A stretch of 47,531 nt of DNA from Streptosporangiaceae bacterium (GCA_035640715.1 DASQVO010000066.1:1-47531); one strand, 5' to 3'. Numbered from the stretch's first letter, positions 9,713 through 18,950 are shown. Numbers and translations: made by a program. The notes: generated from the sequence alone by a model not told the origin.

Positions 9713-11263
9713 GTGACCATCCGAGGGCACCGGAACACCGCGTCAGCGGCAACCGCCGTGCGCCGTCCATGGTGGATCTGGGCGGGGCCCTTCGCGATAT
9801 TGCTCGCCGTGCTACTGGTCCGCAACCGGTTCCTCTTCACCACCCGCATCTACGAGCACGGCGATGCCGGCGCGAACTCGATCCTGATCCAGCAGGCCAT
9901 GCACGTCACCCTGCTGGTCGGCAACTACTCGCGCGAGGGTTTCAACCATCCGGGGCCGGCGTACATGTATGTGCAGGCGTTCGGCCAGTGGGTGTTCCAG
10001 TACGCACTGCATGTGGTGCCGACCGCCTGGAACGCTCACATGCTCGCCGTCTTCGTGCTCAACAGCGCCCTGCTGGCGATGGCTGTCGCCATCGTCTACG
10101 GCTGGACGCGCTCGCTGCGCGGTGCTGCCGCCTGCTTCGCGGTCCTCCTGGTCTTCGCCGCCGTGCACCCGCCAGCGGTCAGCTCGGACTGGAACCCATA
10201 CGTGTACGTCCCGACGTACTGCGTTTTCGTGATCGCGGCGGCGTCGGTGGCGGCCGGGCATTCACGCGATGCGTGGATTCTCGCGCTGACCGGGTGGTTC
10301 CTCATCCATGGCCAGGCATCCTTCCTGTTCTTCGTCCCGGTCATTGTCCTTGCGGCGCTGGCTGTCCTGGTGTGGGCGCACCGGCGGACACCGGTCGCGT
10401 CGCTACGGCGTTTCTTCCGCGAGCAGCGGAAGACCTGGATCGCCGCGGGTGGCATCAGCGCCCTGTTCGCCCTGCCGATCGTCGTCAACCTGTCGCTCAA
10501 CTGGCCGGGTGACTTCGCCAAGTACGTTGCCTACGGCCGCTCGAAGCACGCCGGCGGCCACACGCCCGCGCAGATCGCCGATTACGCGCTGTGGTTCTGG
10601 TGGCCGCACGGCAACGCGTGGCTGGCGCCCGTCCTGCTGTACGGGCTCGCGATCAGCGTGACTTTCTGGCTCGCCCGCGGTCCGCTGCGCCGGTTCTTCC
10701 TTACGCTGCTGGGCATCAACCTGGTGTCATCCCTGGCGCTCGGCATCTACGCCGCGGCCGGCATCGACTTCCTGTCCGAGTACTACATCGGCTACTTCTA
10801 CTGGTCGGCGCCGCTGGTCACGATGCTCGTCATCGCCGTCGGCGTAGGACAGGCGCTCACCTTCCGCTGGGCCACCGCCGTGGCCGCGGCCGGCGCGGCG
10901 GCCGCTCTCGTCGTGCTCGCGGCAGTTCCCGGGATACGCACGAGTACGGCGGATTCCGATCCGGGCCTGCCACGGGCCGTTGCCGCGCTTGCCGCCCGGG
11001 CGCCGGGCCGGCTGATCGTCCTGACCATCGACCACGGGACCTGGATTGACACCACCGGTTTCCTGGTCCAGGCGGAGCGGACGCACGTGCGGGCGTGCCT
11101 GGACCAGCCGTGGTGGAGTTTCATGATGACCAGGCAGTTCATCTGCACATCCCGGGAAGCCGCGGCCGGGGTGCATTACTGGTTCGACTCGCCGAAGCCT
11201 GCGCCGAATTCGCCGGTCATCCTGCGTTTCGGCAACACCGATGTTGCTGTGGGGCCACATTGA
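9713..11263 (+). CDS. Polytopic membrane protein, family B paralog 1; putative GT-C-like
   Basis: GTG start after GGAGGAGGAG. 516 aa. The loop after TM1 reads YEHGDAGANSILIQQA...NYSREGFNHPGPAYMYVQAFGQW. Tandem paralog of the next gene. Confidence 0.7.
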   Translation: MTIRGHRNTASAATAVRRPWWIWAGPFAILLAVLLVRNRFLFTTRIYEHGDAGANSILIQQAMHVTLLVGNYSREGFNHPGPAYMYVQAFGQWVFQYALHVVPTAWNAHMLAVFVLNSALLAMAVAIVYGWTRSLRGAAACFAVLLVFAAVHPPAVSSDWNPYVYVPTYCVFVIAAASVAAGHSRDAWILALTGWFLIHGQASFLFFVPVIVLAALAVLVWAHRRTPVASLRRFFREQRKTWIAAGGISALFALPIVVNLSLNWPGDFAKYVAYGRSKHAGGHTPAQIADYALWFWWPHGNAWLAPVLLYGLAISVTFWLARGPLRRFFLTLLGINLVSSLALGIYAAAGIDFLSEYYIGYFYWSAPLVTMLVIAVGVGQALTFRWATAVAAAGAAAALVVLAAVPGIRTSTADSDPGLPRAVAALAARAPGRLIVLTIDHGTWIDTTGFLVQAERTHVRACLDQPWWSFMMTRQFICTSREAAAGVHYWFDSPKPAPNSPVILRFGNTDVAVGPH

Positions 11264-11279
11264 CAGCGGGGAGCGGCGA

Positions 11280-12869
11280 GTGACGATTGGGGACTGGAAG
11301 ACCGCTGAGCCCCGGGCAGCCGGGTCTGCCATCCCGGTCGTGATCACAGACGGGCCGGGCGGGGCGCGCCGTCCATGGTGGATTTGGGCCGCGCCTTTCG
11401 CGGTCCTGTTCACCACCCTCATCGTCCGCAACCGGTTTCTCTTCACCACTCGGCTCTATGAGCGCGCCGATTCCGCCGCGAACTCGATCCTGATCCAGCA
11501 GGCCATGCACTTCACCCTGCTCGTGGGCAATTACTCCCGTGAAAACTTCAACCATCCCGGGCCGGCGTACATGTACGTGCAGGCGTTCGGGCAGTGGCTG
11601 TTCTACGACGGGCTGCACGTGGTGCCGACCGCCTGGAACGCCCACGTGCTCGCCGTATTTGCCCTCGACAGCGCCTTCATGGCCCTGGCCGTGCTCGTCG
11701 TCTACGGCTGGACCGGCTCGCTGCGCGGGGCCGCGGCCTGCCTGACGGTCATCCTCATCTTCGCTGCCTCGCACCCGCAGGCGGTCAACAACGACTGGAT
11801 GCCGTACATGTACATCCCGACGTACTGCGTCTTCGTGATCGCGGCGGCGTCGGTGGCGGCCGGGCATTCACGCGATGCGTGGATTCTCGCGCTGACCGGG
11901 TGGTTTCTCATCCACGGCCAGGCGTGCTTCCTGTTCTTCGTCCCCTTCATCATTTTTCCGGTGCTGGTGGCTCTGGTGTGGGCGCACCGGCAGACGCCGG
12001 CCGCGTCGCTGCGGCGCTTTGTCCGCGGCCAGCGGAAGGTCTGGATTCCGGTCGTTGCCATCAGCATCCTGTTCGCCTTGCCGATCGTCGTCAACCTGGC
12101 GCTCAACTGGCCGGGTGACTTCGGGAAGTACTTTGCCTATGGCAGGTCCGCGCAGGCCGGCCACCACAGCGCCGCGCAGATTGCGCATTTCGTGCTGTGG
12201 TTCTGGTGGCCGCACAGCAACGCGTGGCTGGCGCCGGTCCTGCTGTACGGGCTTGCGATCGGTGTGACCTTCGGCCTCACGCGGGGGCCGCTGCGCCGGT
12301 TCTTCCTCGCGCTGCTGGGCATCAATCTGGTGTCATCCCTGGCACTTTGCATCTACGCGGCGGTCGGCATCGATTTCCTTTCCGAGTACTACATCGGCTA
12401 CTTCTACTGGTCGGTGCCGATGATCACCTTGCTCGTGATCGTCGTCGGCGTTGGCCAGGCGATGGGTCCCCGCATTGGCACGGCTGCGGCCGCGGCCGGG
12501 GCGGTGACCGCGCTCGTCGTCCTCGCCGCGCTGCCCGGCCTGCGTACGAGCACGCAGCGCACCGATCCGAGTCTGCCCGGGGCCGTCGCCAGGCTCGCCG
12601 CCATGGCCCGTGGCCGGACGATCGTCCTGACCATCGGCCAGACTCAGTGGGGCGACACCACCGGCTTCCTCGTGCAGGCCGAGCGGACCCAGGTCCGGGC
12701 CTGCGTGGATGAGCCGTGGTGGACATTCATGATGACGAAGCAGTTCATCTGCACGCCGCAGGAGGCCGAGACCGGGGTACATTACTGGTTCGACTCGCTG
12801 AAGCCTCCGCCGCACGCGCCGGTCATCTTCCGTTTCGGCGGTTCCGATGTCGCAGCGAAGGCCGGTTGA
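11280..12869 (+). CDS. Polytopic membrane protein, family B paralog 2; tandem duplicate of 9713-11263
   Basis: GTG at 11280 sits 7 nt after GGGGAG. Both copies start VTI...RRPWWIWA.PFA. Similarity is very high along the whole length. Confidence 0.7.
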   Translation: MTIGDWKTAEPRAAGSAIPVVITDGPGGARRPWWIWAAPFAVLFTTLIVRNRFLFTTRLYERADSAANSILIQQAMHFTLLVGNYSRENFNHPGPAYMYVQAFGQWLFYDGLHVVPTAWNAHVLAVFALDSAFMALAVLVVYGWTGSLRGAAACLTVILIFAASHPQAVNNDWMPYMYIPTYCVFVIAAASVAAGHSRDAWILALTGWFLIHGQACFLFFVPFIIFPVLVALVWAHRQTPAASLRRFVRGQRKVWIPVVAISILFALPIVVNLALNWPGDFGKYFAYGRSAQAGHHSAAQIAHFVLWFWWPHSNAWLAPVLLYGLAIGVTFGLTRGPLRRFFLALLGINLVSSLALCIYAAVGIDFLSEYYIGYFYWSVPMITLLVIVVGVGQAMGPRIGTAAAAAGAVTALVVLAALPGLRTSTQRTDPSLPGAVARLAAMARGRTIVLTIGQTQWGDTTGFLVQAERTQVRACVDEPWWTFMMTKQFICTPQEAETGVHYWFDSLKPPPHAPVIFRFGGSDVAAKAG

Positions 12870-12883
12870 GAGGGGGTGACAAA

Positions 12884-14584
12884 ATGACGTCGCTCGGCCG
12901 CGGGTCATCTCGGCGAGGGGCAGGTGCCGGGGCGCCGGCCCCAGAAATGCCGGCGATCTCTTCGGCCAAGGAGGCCGGGCGCGGCCTACGGACACCAGCT
13001 GCCCGGAAGATAGCGTGGGCAGCCGGGTATGCGGTGGCGGCTGTGGTCTTGTTCTTCTGCTACCTCCGGCAGTCGCGGACGGTGACGGTTGGTGCCGACG
13101 GCGGGTCAATCGCGCTTCAGGCATGGGACATGCTCCACGGCAACGCGCTGCTGCAAGGCTGGGGCATGTCGGACGTGTCGTTCTATTCGACGGAACTCGT
13201 GCAATACGTGCTGCTGGAGGCACTCCACGGACTGGGCCCCGATGTGATCCACATTGGCGGGGCGATGACGTACACGCTGCTGCTGCTGCTTGCGGGATTG
13301 GTGGCCAAGGGCCGCGCGGGGGGCCGCGAAGGCCTCGTCCGGGTCCTGGTCGCGGGCGGCATCATGCTGGCCCCGGCGCTGGGCAATGCGACCTCAACGC
13401 TGCTGCTGACCCCGGATCATCTCGGCAGCGCGGTGCCCGTGCTGCTGGCGTGGCTGCTCGTGGAGCGCCTGCCGCAACGCTGGTACGTGCCTGTCGCCGT
13501 ATGTGTCGTGCTGGTGTGGGGGCAGGTCGCCGATCTCCTCGTGCTCCTCACCGGGGTCGCGCCGCTGGTTATTGTCTGCGGCATCCGCGTGGGCCAGAAA
13601 GTGTGGCGTCGGGAGCCGCTCAAGTCTCAGTGGTATGAGCTAGCGCTCATCGCTGCCGCGCTGGCCTCCGTGGGGCTTATGCGCGCTGCCGAGGCCCTCA
13701 TCCGCATCAGCGGCGGTTTCGTGCTGCAGCCAGTTGCCATGAGCTTCGCCGGATGGTCCGCGATGCCGCAGCATCTCCTGGTCACGGGCGAAGGCCTGCT
13801 GACGCTCTTCGGCGCGTCCTTCTTCGGCCCGGAGCCCAGCAACTACATGATTTTCGCTGTGCTGCACGTCGCGGGCGTTGCCGCGGTGGCCTGGGCTTTC
13901 TGCGTCGCCATACGGCGGTTCGCGCGCCGGGAGGAGCTAATCGTCCCGGCGCTCGTCCTCGCGATCGTGCTCAACGTGGCGGCGTACGTGCCCGGTACGT
14001 ACGTGGCGAACCTCCTCAGCACGCGTGAGATCTCCGAGGTGTTGCCGTTCGGCGCGGTGCTGGCCGGGCGGCTGCTGGCCGGCCCCATCGTGCGGGCTGG
14101 CCGGGCGGTCCGGCTCGTACTGGGGTCACTGGGGATCACCTGCCTGGTCTGCTATGCCGCTGCGGCGGGCTACGGCGCCGCCCAGGCGGCGGTGCCAGCC
14201 CAGAACCAGGATCTCGTGGCCTTCCTGATGGCACACGGCCTCCGCAGCGGGCTCGCGGGCTACTGGCAGGCCAACAGCGTGACGCTGGACAGCGGGGGCC
14301 AGATCGTGGTCAGGCCCGTGAAGCTGAACGCGGCGGGACTGGCGGTGGCGAACCTCTGGGAGGCGAAGGCGTCGTGGTACGACCCGCGGGCCAACCAGGC
14401 CAACTTCGTCGTCACCGTCAGCAGGCCGCCGTCCCAGGAATGGCAAATGCAGCCTTTCCAAGCACGGGACACGTTCGGCCACCCGGTGCGGACGTATCGT
14501 TTCGGGCGCTACACCATCCTGGTATGGCACACTAACCTGCTGGCCCATCTCGGCCAGGGCGTAGACAAGAGCGTCGGGCCGTAG
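12884..14584 (+). CDS. Polytopic membrane protein, family A paralog 2; putative GT-C-like
   Basis: ATG at 12884 after GAGAGGGGG. Motifs GADGGSIALQAWDMLHGNALLQGW and C-terminal GYWQANSVTLDSGG...WEAKASWYDPRANQANFVV...RTYRFGRYTILVWHTNLL. Confidence 0.7.
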   Translation: MTSLGRGSSRRGAGAGAPAPEMPAISSAKEAGRGLRTPAARKIAWAAGYAVAAVVLFFCYLRQSRTVTVGADGGSIALQAWDMLHGNALLQGWGMSDVSFYSTELVQYVLLEALHGLGPDVIHIGGAMTYTLLLLLAGLVAKGRAGGREGLVRVLVAGGIMLAPALGNATSTLLLTPDHLGSAVPVLLAWLLVERLPQRWYVPVAVCVVLVWGQVADLLVLLTGVAPLVIVCGIRVGQKVWRREPLKSQWYELALIAAALASVGLMRAAEALIRISGGFVLQPVAMSFAGWSAMPQHLLVTGEGLLTLFGASFFGPEPSNYMIFAVLHVAGVAAVAWAFCVAIRRFARREELIVPALVLAIVLNVAAYVPGTYVANLLSTREISEVLPFGAVLAGRLLAGPIVRAGRAVRLVLGSLGITCLVCYAAAAGYGAAQAAVPAQNQDLVAFLMAHGLRSGLAGYWQANSVTLDSGGQIVVRPVKLNAAGLAVANLWEAKASWYDPRANQANFVVTVSRPPSQEWQMQPFQARDTFGHPVRTYRFGRYTILVWHTNLLAHLGQGVDKSVGP

Positions 14585-14684
14585 GGCGGTGCTGCAGAAG
14601 TCTGGCCGGGCGGCGCATACCGATCACGCGGGACGGTACACGATCATGGCGTGGGACACGAACCTTCTTGCCCGGCTCCGATAA
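14583..14684 (+). pseudogene. Relic of the 3' end of a further family-A paralog
   Basis: Translates as ...SGRAAHTDHAGRYTIMAWDTNLLARLR* (stop at 14682-14684). This aligns to the C-terminus ...GQPARTYRTGPYTILVWNQNLLSRLR* of 15759-17456. No upstream body is present. Confidence 0.6.
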
Positions 14685-14776
14685 GCGGCATGCCTTCCCA
14701 TAACCGGCAAAGGCCGCTCTCGGCCATGCCGGCCAGTAGGCTGGCAGGGCTCATGTCACCGATCTTGAGGTATCCA

Positions 14777-15745
14777 ATGCGACGCATCCTCGCGCTCATC
14801 GCTTTCCCGCTGCTGGGCGCCTCTGCGCTGGCTGGCTGCGGGTCGTCCTCGCCGTCTACGCCGTCGTCGGCGGCGAACGCCGCCGTCACCGCAAAAGGGA
14901 CGTTCGGCAAGGCGCCGTCTGTCACGATCCCGAAGGAGAAGCCAGGCAGCGCGCTCACCGTCAAGACCCTGATCCAGGGGAACGGGGCCACGATCAAGAA
15001 GTCAGATCTGGTCCTCAGCAACTTCACGCTGTACCTGTGGAGCGGCACGAAGAACAAGCTGGTCGACTCGACCTACCAGTTCACCCCTCAGGTACTTCCC
15101 GCCTCTCTGCTTCCCGGAATCGAAACCGCCCTGACCGGCGAGAAGCTTGGCAGCCGGGTACTCGCGGTGCTCCCGCCAAAGGAAGGCTACGGCAGCAACG
15201 GCAACCCCCAGCTCGGCGTGTCTGGCTCCGACACGCTCGTCTTCGTCATGGACTTGATCCAGAGGTACTCCTCCGGCGCGGTCTCAGCATCCGGTTCGCA
15301 CGTGTCAAGCGGCGGAGGCGCCCTCCCAACGGTCAGCGCGGCGCAGGGCAGCGCGCCGGCCGTGACGATCCCCAAGGGCGTGACGCCCCCGAAGACGCTA
15401 GTGGCGAAGACCCTGATCAGGGGCTCCGGGCCGGCTGTCACCAAGGGGCAGGACCTCGTCGTCCAGTACACCGGCGTCAACTGGCGTACCGGCAAGGTAT
15501 TCGATTCCTCGTGGTCGCGTGCAACGCCCTTTTCCTTCAAGATCGGGGCAACGCCCAGCCAGGTCATCGCCGGCTGGGACAAGGGCCTCATCGGCCAGAC
15601 CGTGGGCAGCCGCGTGCTGCTGGTCATCCCGCCGTCCGACGGCTACGGCAGCGCCGGGCAGGCACAGGCCGGGATCAAGGGCACCGACACTCTCGTCTTC
15701 GTGGTCGACATCATCAGCGCCGTAAATCCCGGCTCAGCTGCCTGA
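14777..15745 (+). CDS. Lipoprotein with two FKBP-type peptidyl-prolyl cis-trans isomerase domains
   Basis: Signal peptide plus lipobox MRRILALIAFPLLGASALAGC. There are two FKBP modules; the second is classic: VVQYTGVNWRTGKVFDSSW...FKIG...VIAGWDKGL.GQ.VGSRVLLVIPP..GYG. ATG at 14777 follows GAGG. Confidence 0.85.
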   Translation: MRRILALIAFPLLGASALAGCGSSSPSTPSSAANAAVTAKGTFGKAPSVTIPKEKPGSALTVKTLIQGNGATIKKSDLVLSNFTLYLWSGTKNKLVDSTYQFTPQVLPASLLPGIETALTGEKLGSRVLAVLPPKEGYGSNGNPQLGVSGSDTLVFVMDLIQRYSSGAVSASGSHVSSGGGALPTVSAAQGSAPAVTIPKGVTPPKTLVAKTLIRGSGPAVTKGQDLVVQYTGVNWRTGKVFDSSWSRATPFSFKIGATPSQVIAGWDKGLIGQTVGSRVLLVIPPSDGYGSAGQAQAGIKGTDTLVFVVDIISAVNPGSAA

Positions 15746-15758
15746 TCAGGGCTTATCG

Positions 15759-17456
15759 ATGGCTGGGCAAGCACCAGAGACGGCAGGAGCCGCCCAGGCG
15801 GTCGGTGCCCCGGACATGCCAGGGGCACCGCCGCCCGGTCCCGCGCCGGACCTCGGCACCCGGGCGGGACACGGGAAGGGGGGCGCGGAGGGCGCGGCAG
15901 CCCCGGCCGGCCCGGCGCGCCGCGGACGATGGGCGTGGGCGGCCGCGTTCACGGCGGCCGGGATCGCCTTGTTCGCTGCCTACATCCGGCTGTCAGCCAC
16001 CTATCCGGTGAACTCGGACGGGGCGAACATTGTGCTGATGGCGTGGGACATGCTGCACGGCAACCTGCTGCTGCACGCCTGGTCCATGTCGGATGTGGCG
16101 TTCTACACCACCGAACTGCCGCAGTACATGCTGCTGGATCTCATCCGCGGGCTGAGCCCCGATGTGACCCATATCGCGGCTGCCATGACCTACACGCTCG
16201 CGCTGCTGCTCGCGGCGCTGCTGGCGAAGGGCCGGGCGCCGGGCGGGGAAGGCGTCGCCCGGGTGCTCGTGTCGGCGGGGGTCATGCTGGCGCCCCAGCT
16301 CGGCGTGGGCATCTTCGTCCTGCTGCTGTCGGTGGGCCACATCGGCACGGCCGTGCCGGTCCTGCTGACCTGGCTGGTGCTGGACCTGGCGCGGCCGCGC
16401 TGGTTCGTGCCGGTCATCGCCGGTGTCATGCTGGCCTGGGCGATGACCGCCGACTCCCTCGTGCTTGTGGTGGGCGTCGCGCCGCTGGTGCTGGTGTGCG
16501 CGCTCCGCGTCGTGCAGCGGCTTGCGGCGCGCCAGGCGCTCCGGACCGCGTGGTATGAGCTGTCGCTGGCCGTCGCGGCGCTCGCCGCGATCGCGGCCTC
16601 GTCGGCCGCCGGGAGGGTCATCCACGGGATCGGCGGCTACACCCTCCACCCGGTGCCGTACAGCTTGGCCGACGTGACCGCGTGGCCGGCGCACCTGCGT
16701 GTGACGGCCCAAGGGGTACTCGCGATCTTCGGCGCCAGCTTCACCGGATTGCGGCCGGGTGCCGCCCTGGTGTTCGCGATACTGCATCTCGCCGGGCTGG
16801 CGATGGTGGTGTGGGCGCTGTGGCTCGTGGCGCGGAACTTCCTGCGCCGGGCCGGGCTCATCGATCAGGTCCTGGCCGTCGCGATCGTCCTCAACCTGGC
16901 CGTATACGTGCCCAGCGCGCTGGCGAGCGGCGTGCTGAACGCGCGGGAGTTCGCCGTCGTGCTGCCGTTCGGCGCCGCCCTCGCCGGGCGGGTGCTCGGC
17001 CCTCGGGTGAGGGGAACGAGGCTCGCGCCGGCGCTGCTGGCCGTACTCGCCGGATACGGGCTTTCGCTTGTCTACGGGGCGGCGCAACCCCCGGCCCCGC
17101 CGGCGAATGCGCGCCTGGCTACGTGGCTGGCCGGCCATCACCTGTACAACGGGCTGAGCGGCTACTGGCAGGCCAGCAGCGTCACGCTGGACAGCGCGGG
17201 CAAGGTCACGATCAGGGCGCTGGTGACGCACGGCGCCGGGCTCGTGCCGTACCAGTGGGAATCAAAGAGCACCTGGTATGACCCGCGCTCGCGGCAGGCC
17301 AACTTCGTCGTCCTCGACAGCCAGCCGGGATTCTTCAACTACTGGGAGCCTGCGGGCCCGGTCCGCGCGGTGTTCGGCCAGCCGGCGCGGACCTACCGCA
17401 CCGGCCCGTACACGATCCTGGTCTGGAACCAGAACCTGCTCAGCCGCCTCCGCTGA
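15759..17456 (+). CDS. Polytopic membrane protein, family A paralog 3; putative GT-C-like
   Basis: 565 aa. NSDGANIVLMAWDMLHGNLLLHAW and C-terminal GYWQASSVTLDSAG...WESKSTWYDPRSRQANFVVLD...RTYRTGPYTILVWNQNLL. Confidence 0.7.
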   Translation: MAGQAPETAGAAQAVGAPDMPGAPPPGPAPDLGTRAGHGKGGAEGAAAPAGPARRGRWAWAAAFTAAGIALFAAYIRLSATYPVNSDGANIVLMAWDMLHGNLLLHAWSMSDVAFYTTELPQYMLLDLIRGLSPDVTHIAAAMTYTLALLLAALLAKGRAPGGEGVARVLVSAGVMLAPQLGVGIFVLLLSVGHIGTAVPVLLTWLVLDLARPRWFVPVIAGVMLAWAMTADSLVLVVGVAPLVLVCALRVVQRLAARQALRTAWYELSLAVAALAAIAASSAAGRVIHGIGGYTLHPVPYSLADVTAWPAHLRVTAQGVLAIFGASFTGLRPGAALVFAILHLAGLAMVVWALWLVARNFLRRAGLIDQVLAVAIVLNLAVYVPSALASGVLNAREFAVVLPFGAALAGRVLGPRVRGTRLAPALLAVLAGYGLSLVYGAAQPPAPPANARLATWLAGHHLYNGLSGYWQASSVTLDSAGKVTIRALVTHGAGLVPYQWESKSTWYDPRSRQANFVVLDSQPGFFNYWEPAGPVRAVFGQPARTYRTGPYTILVWNQNLLSRLR

Positions 17457-17467
17457 ATCCGGGAGCC

Positions 17468-18754
17468 CTACCAGATCCGGGTCCGGTACACGGCGACGGC
17501 GATGAGGATCGGAGCCGCGCATGCCGCGAACGCCTTGAGGCGACGCTGTGGCGTGGCGAACAGGATCAGCACGGCCAGCAAGTACACCTCGACGAACGAC
17601 CGCAGGTCCGCATAGCCGTTCCAGTTGGTGGGCGACAGCGAGAAGATCTCCACTACGTACAGGACGAAGGCGAGGCGCTCGTATACCGGCACCGCGGTGG
17701 CACGCAACGACAGCAGCGCGGCGATGGCGAAAACGGCGAGGACCAGGAACTCGACATCCCAGATGATGACCGCGCCAGGCGCGCCGCCCACCACGGCGGT
17801 GGGGTGGGTGAAGTTGTGGACCACCGCCTTGATGCCGGCCGACAGAGGGAAGCTGGCGTTCTTCCCGCCGTCGCTCAGGATGGGGAAGACCCCCGTCGCG
17901 GCCTTCAGCACCACTTCCCAGCCGATGAAGACGACACCGGGCAGGACCCAGGCCAGGTCATCGAGTGACGGCCGGGCGCGGCGGCGGACGATCTCGATGA
18001 GCCGCACGATGCCGAGCGCCACGGGCGCGACCAGGACCGTCTCCCGGGTGAGGCACCCATAGGCGAACGCGACCGCGGCGAGCACCGGGTGCCGGCGGCG
18101 GTAGGCGAGGATCCCGGCGAGCAGGCATACGGCGCCCAGCGGCTCGGTCAGGTCGCGGGCCAGGCTCGTCATGAGGCCGAAATAGCCGGCCAGCAGCAGG
18201 CCCCATATCGCGTGGCGGCCGGACTCGCGGGCGAGTAGGCCGCCGAGCAGGCCCAGGACGCCCATGGCCACGATATTGATCGCGACCAGCGCATAAGGCA
18301 CCGCCGAATGCTGGCCGCCTGAGATAAGCCAGGTGAGAGCGGAGTAACCGATCCGTATGAACCGGTACGAGTAGTCCATGGTGATGCCGAATGCGGTCCG
18401 GTGGAGGTTGGCGGGGTCCAGCGCCATCCGGTAGTAGAACTGCCCGTCGTAGCCGGTGTAGCGGAAGACATGCACGCCAGGGGGGAGCCGAGCCGGGTTG
18501 CCGTATTTGTCGCCGACCAGCATGAGGTCGGTGACGTTGCGATGGGCCAGCAGCACCATGCGCACGATGACCACGCCCAGTGCGACCACGAAAGCGATCA
18601 GCCCGGGGACGGCCGGCCGGTTCGTCACCGTCCGCAGCGCTGAGCGCTGCCCCGGCACGGTCGTGTCGCCGGCTGTCGTTGATGCCAGGTGCACCTGCGG
18701 CCTCCACCCTGCGTGCCAGCCCGGGCCGGGCATGTTGCCTGCCGGGAACGTCAT
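17468..18754 (-). CDS. Polytopic integral membrane protein with a YDGQFYY loop motif; possible GT-C/PIG-V-like transferase or polymerase
   Basis: 428 aa, hydrophobic throughout. FRYTGYDGQFYYRMALDP follows the first TM. Convergent with 15759-17456, with an 11-nt gap. Confidence 0.6.
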   Translation of the reverse strand: MTFPAGNMPGPGWHAGWRPQVHLASTTAGDTTVPGQRSALRTVTNRPAVPGLIAFVVALGVVIVRMVLLAHRNVTDLMLVGDKYGNPARLPPGVHVFRYTGYDGQFYYRMALDPANLHRTAFGITMDYSYRFIRIGYSALTWLISGGQHSAVPYALVAINIVAMGVLGLLGGLLARESGRHAIWGLLLAGYFGLMTSLARDLTEPLGAVCLLAGILAYRRRHPVLAAVAFAYGCLTRETVLVAPVALGIVRLIEIVRRRARPSLDDLAWVLPGVVFIGWEVVLKAATGVFPILSDGGKNASFPLSAGIKAVVHNFTHPTAVVGGAPGAVIIWDVEFLVLAVFAIAALLSLRATAVPVYERLAFVLYVVEIFSLSPTNWNGYADLRSFVEVYLLAVLILFATPQRRLKAFAACAAPILIAVAVYRTRIW

Positions 18755-18800
18755 TCACAACCGGCCAACACGACCGGGGGTCCGCCCGGGCCCGCACAGC

Positions 18801-18875
18801 GGGCCTTGCCCATGTGAGCGGCCGGTGCGGGCCGGGCTGGCGGCAGCCACCGCGGGCTGCCTGAATGACGCGAAG
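18801..18875 (+). repeat. About 75-nt hairpin-forming repeat, copy 2 (partner at 6672-6748)
   Basis: Same core sequence as copy 1. The outer stem is GCGGCC/GGCTGC, a G-U wobble only if read as plus-strand RNA. The apical stem GCTG/CAGC is kept but carries a different loop. Confidence 0.55.
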
Positions 18876-18950
18876 TACTGACGAAGACAAGTACCAAATA
18901 AGACATTGCGTCCGAGGGACGCCGACAGCGTACCGGACGCTGGCGCTGGG

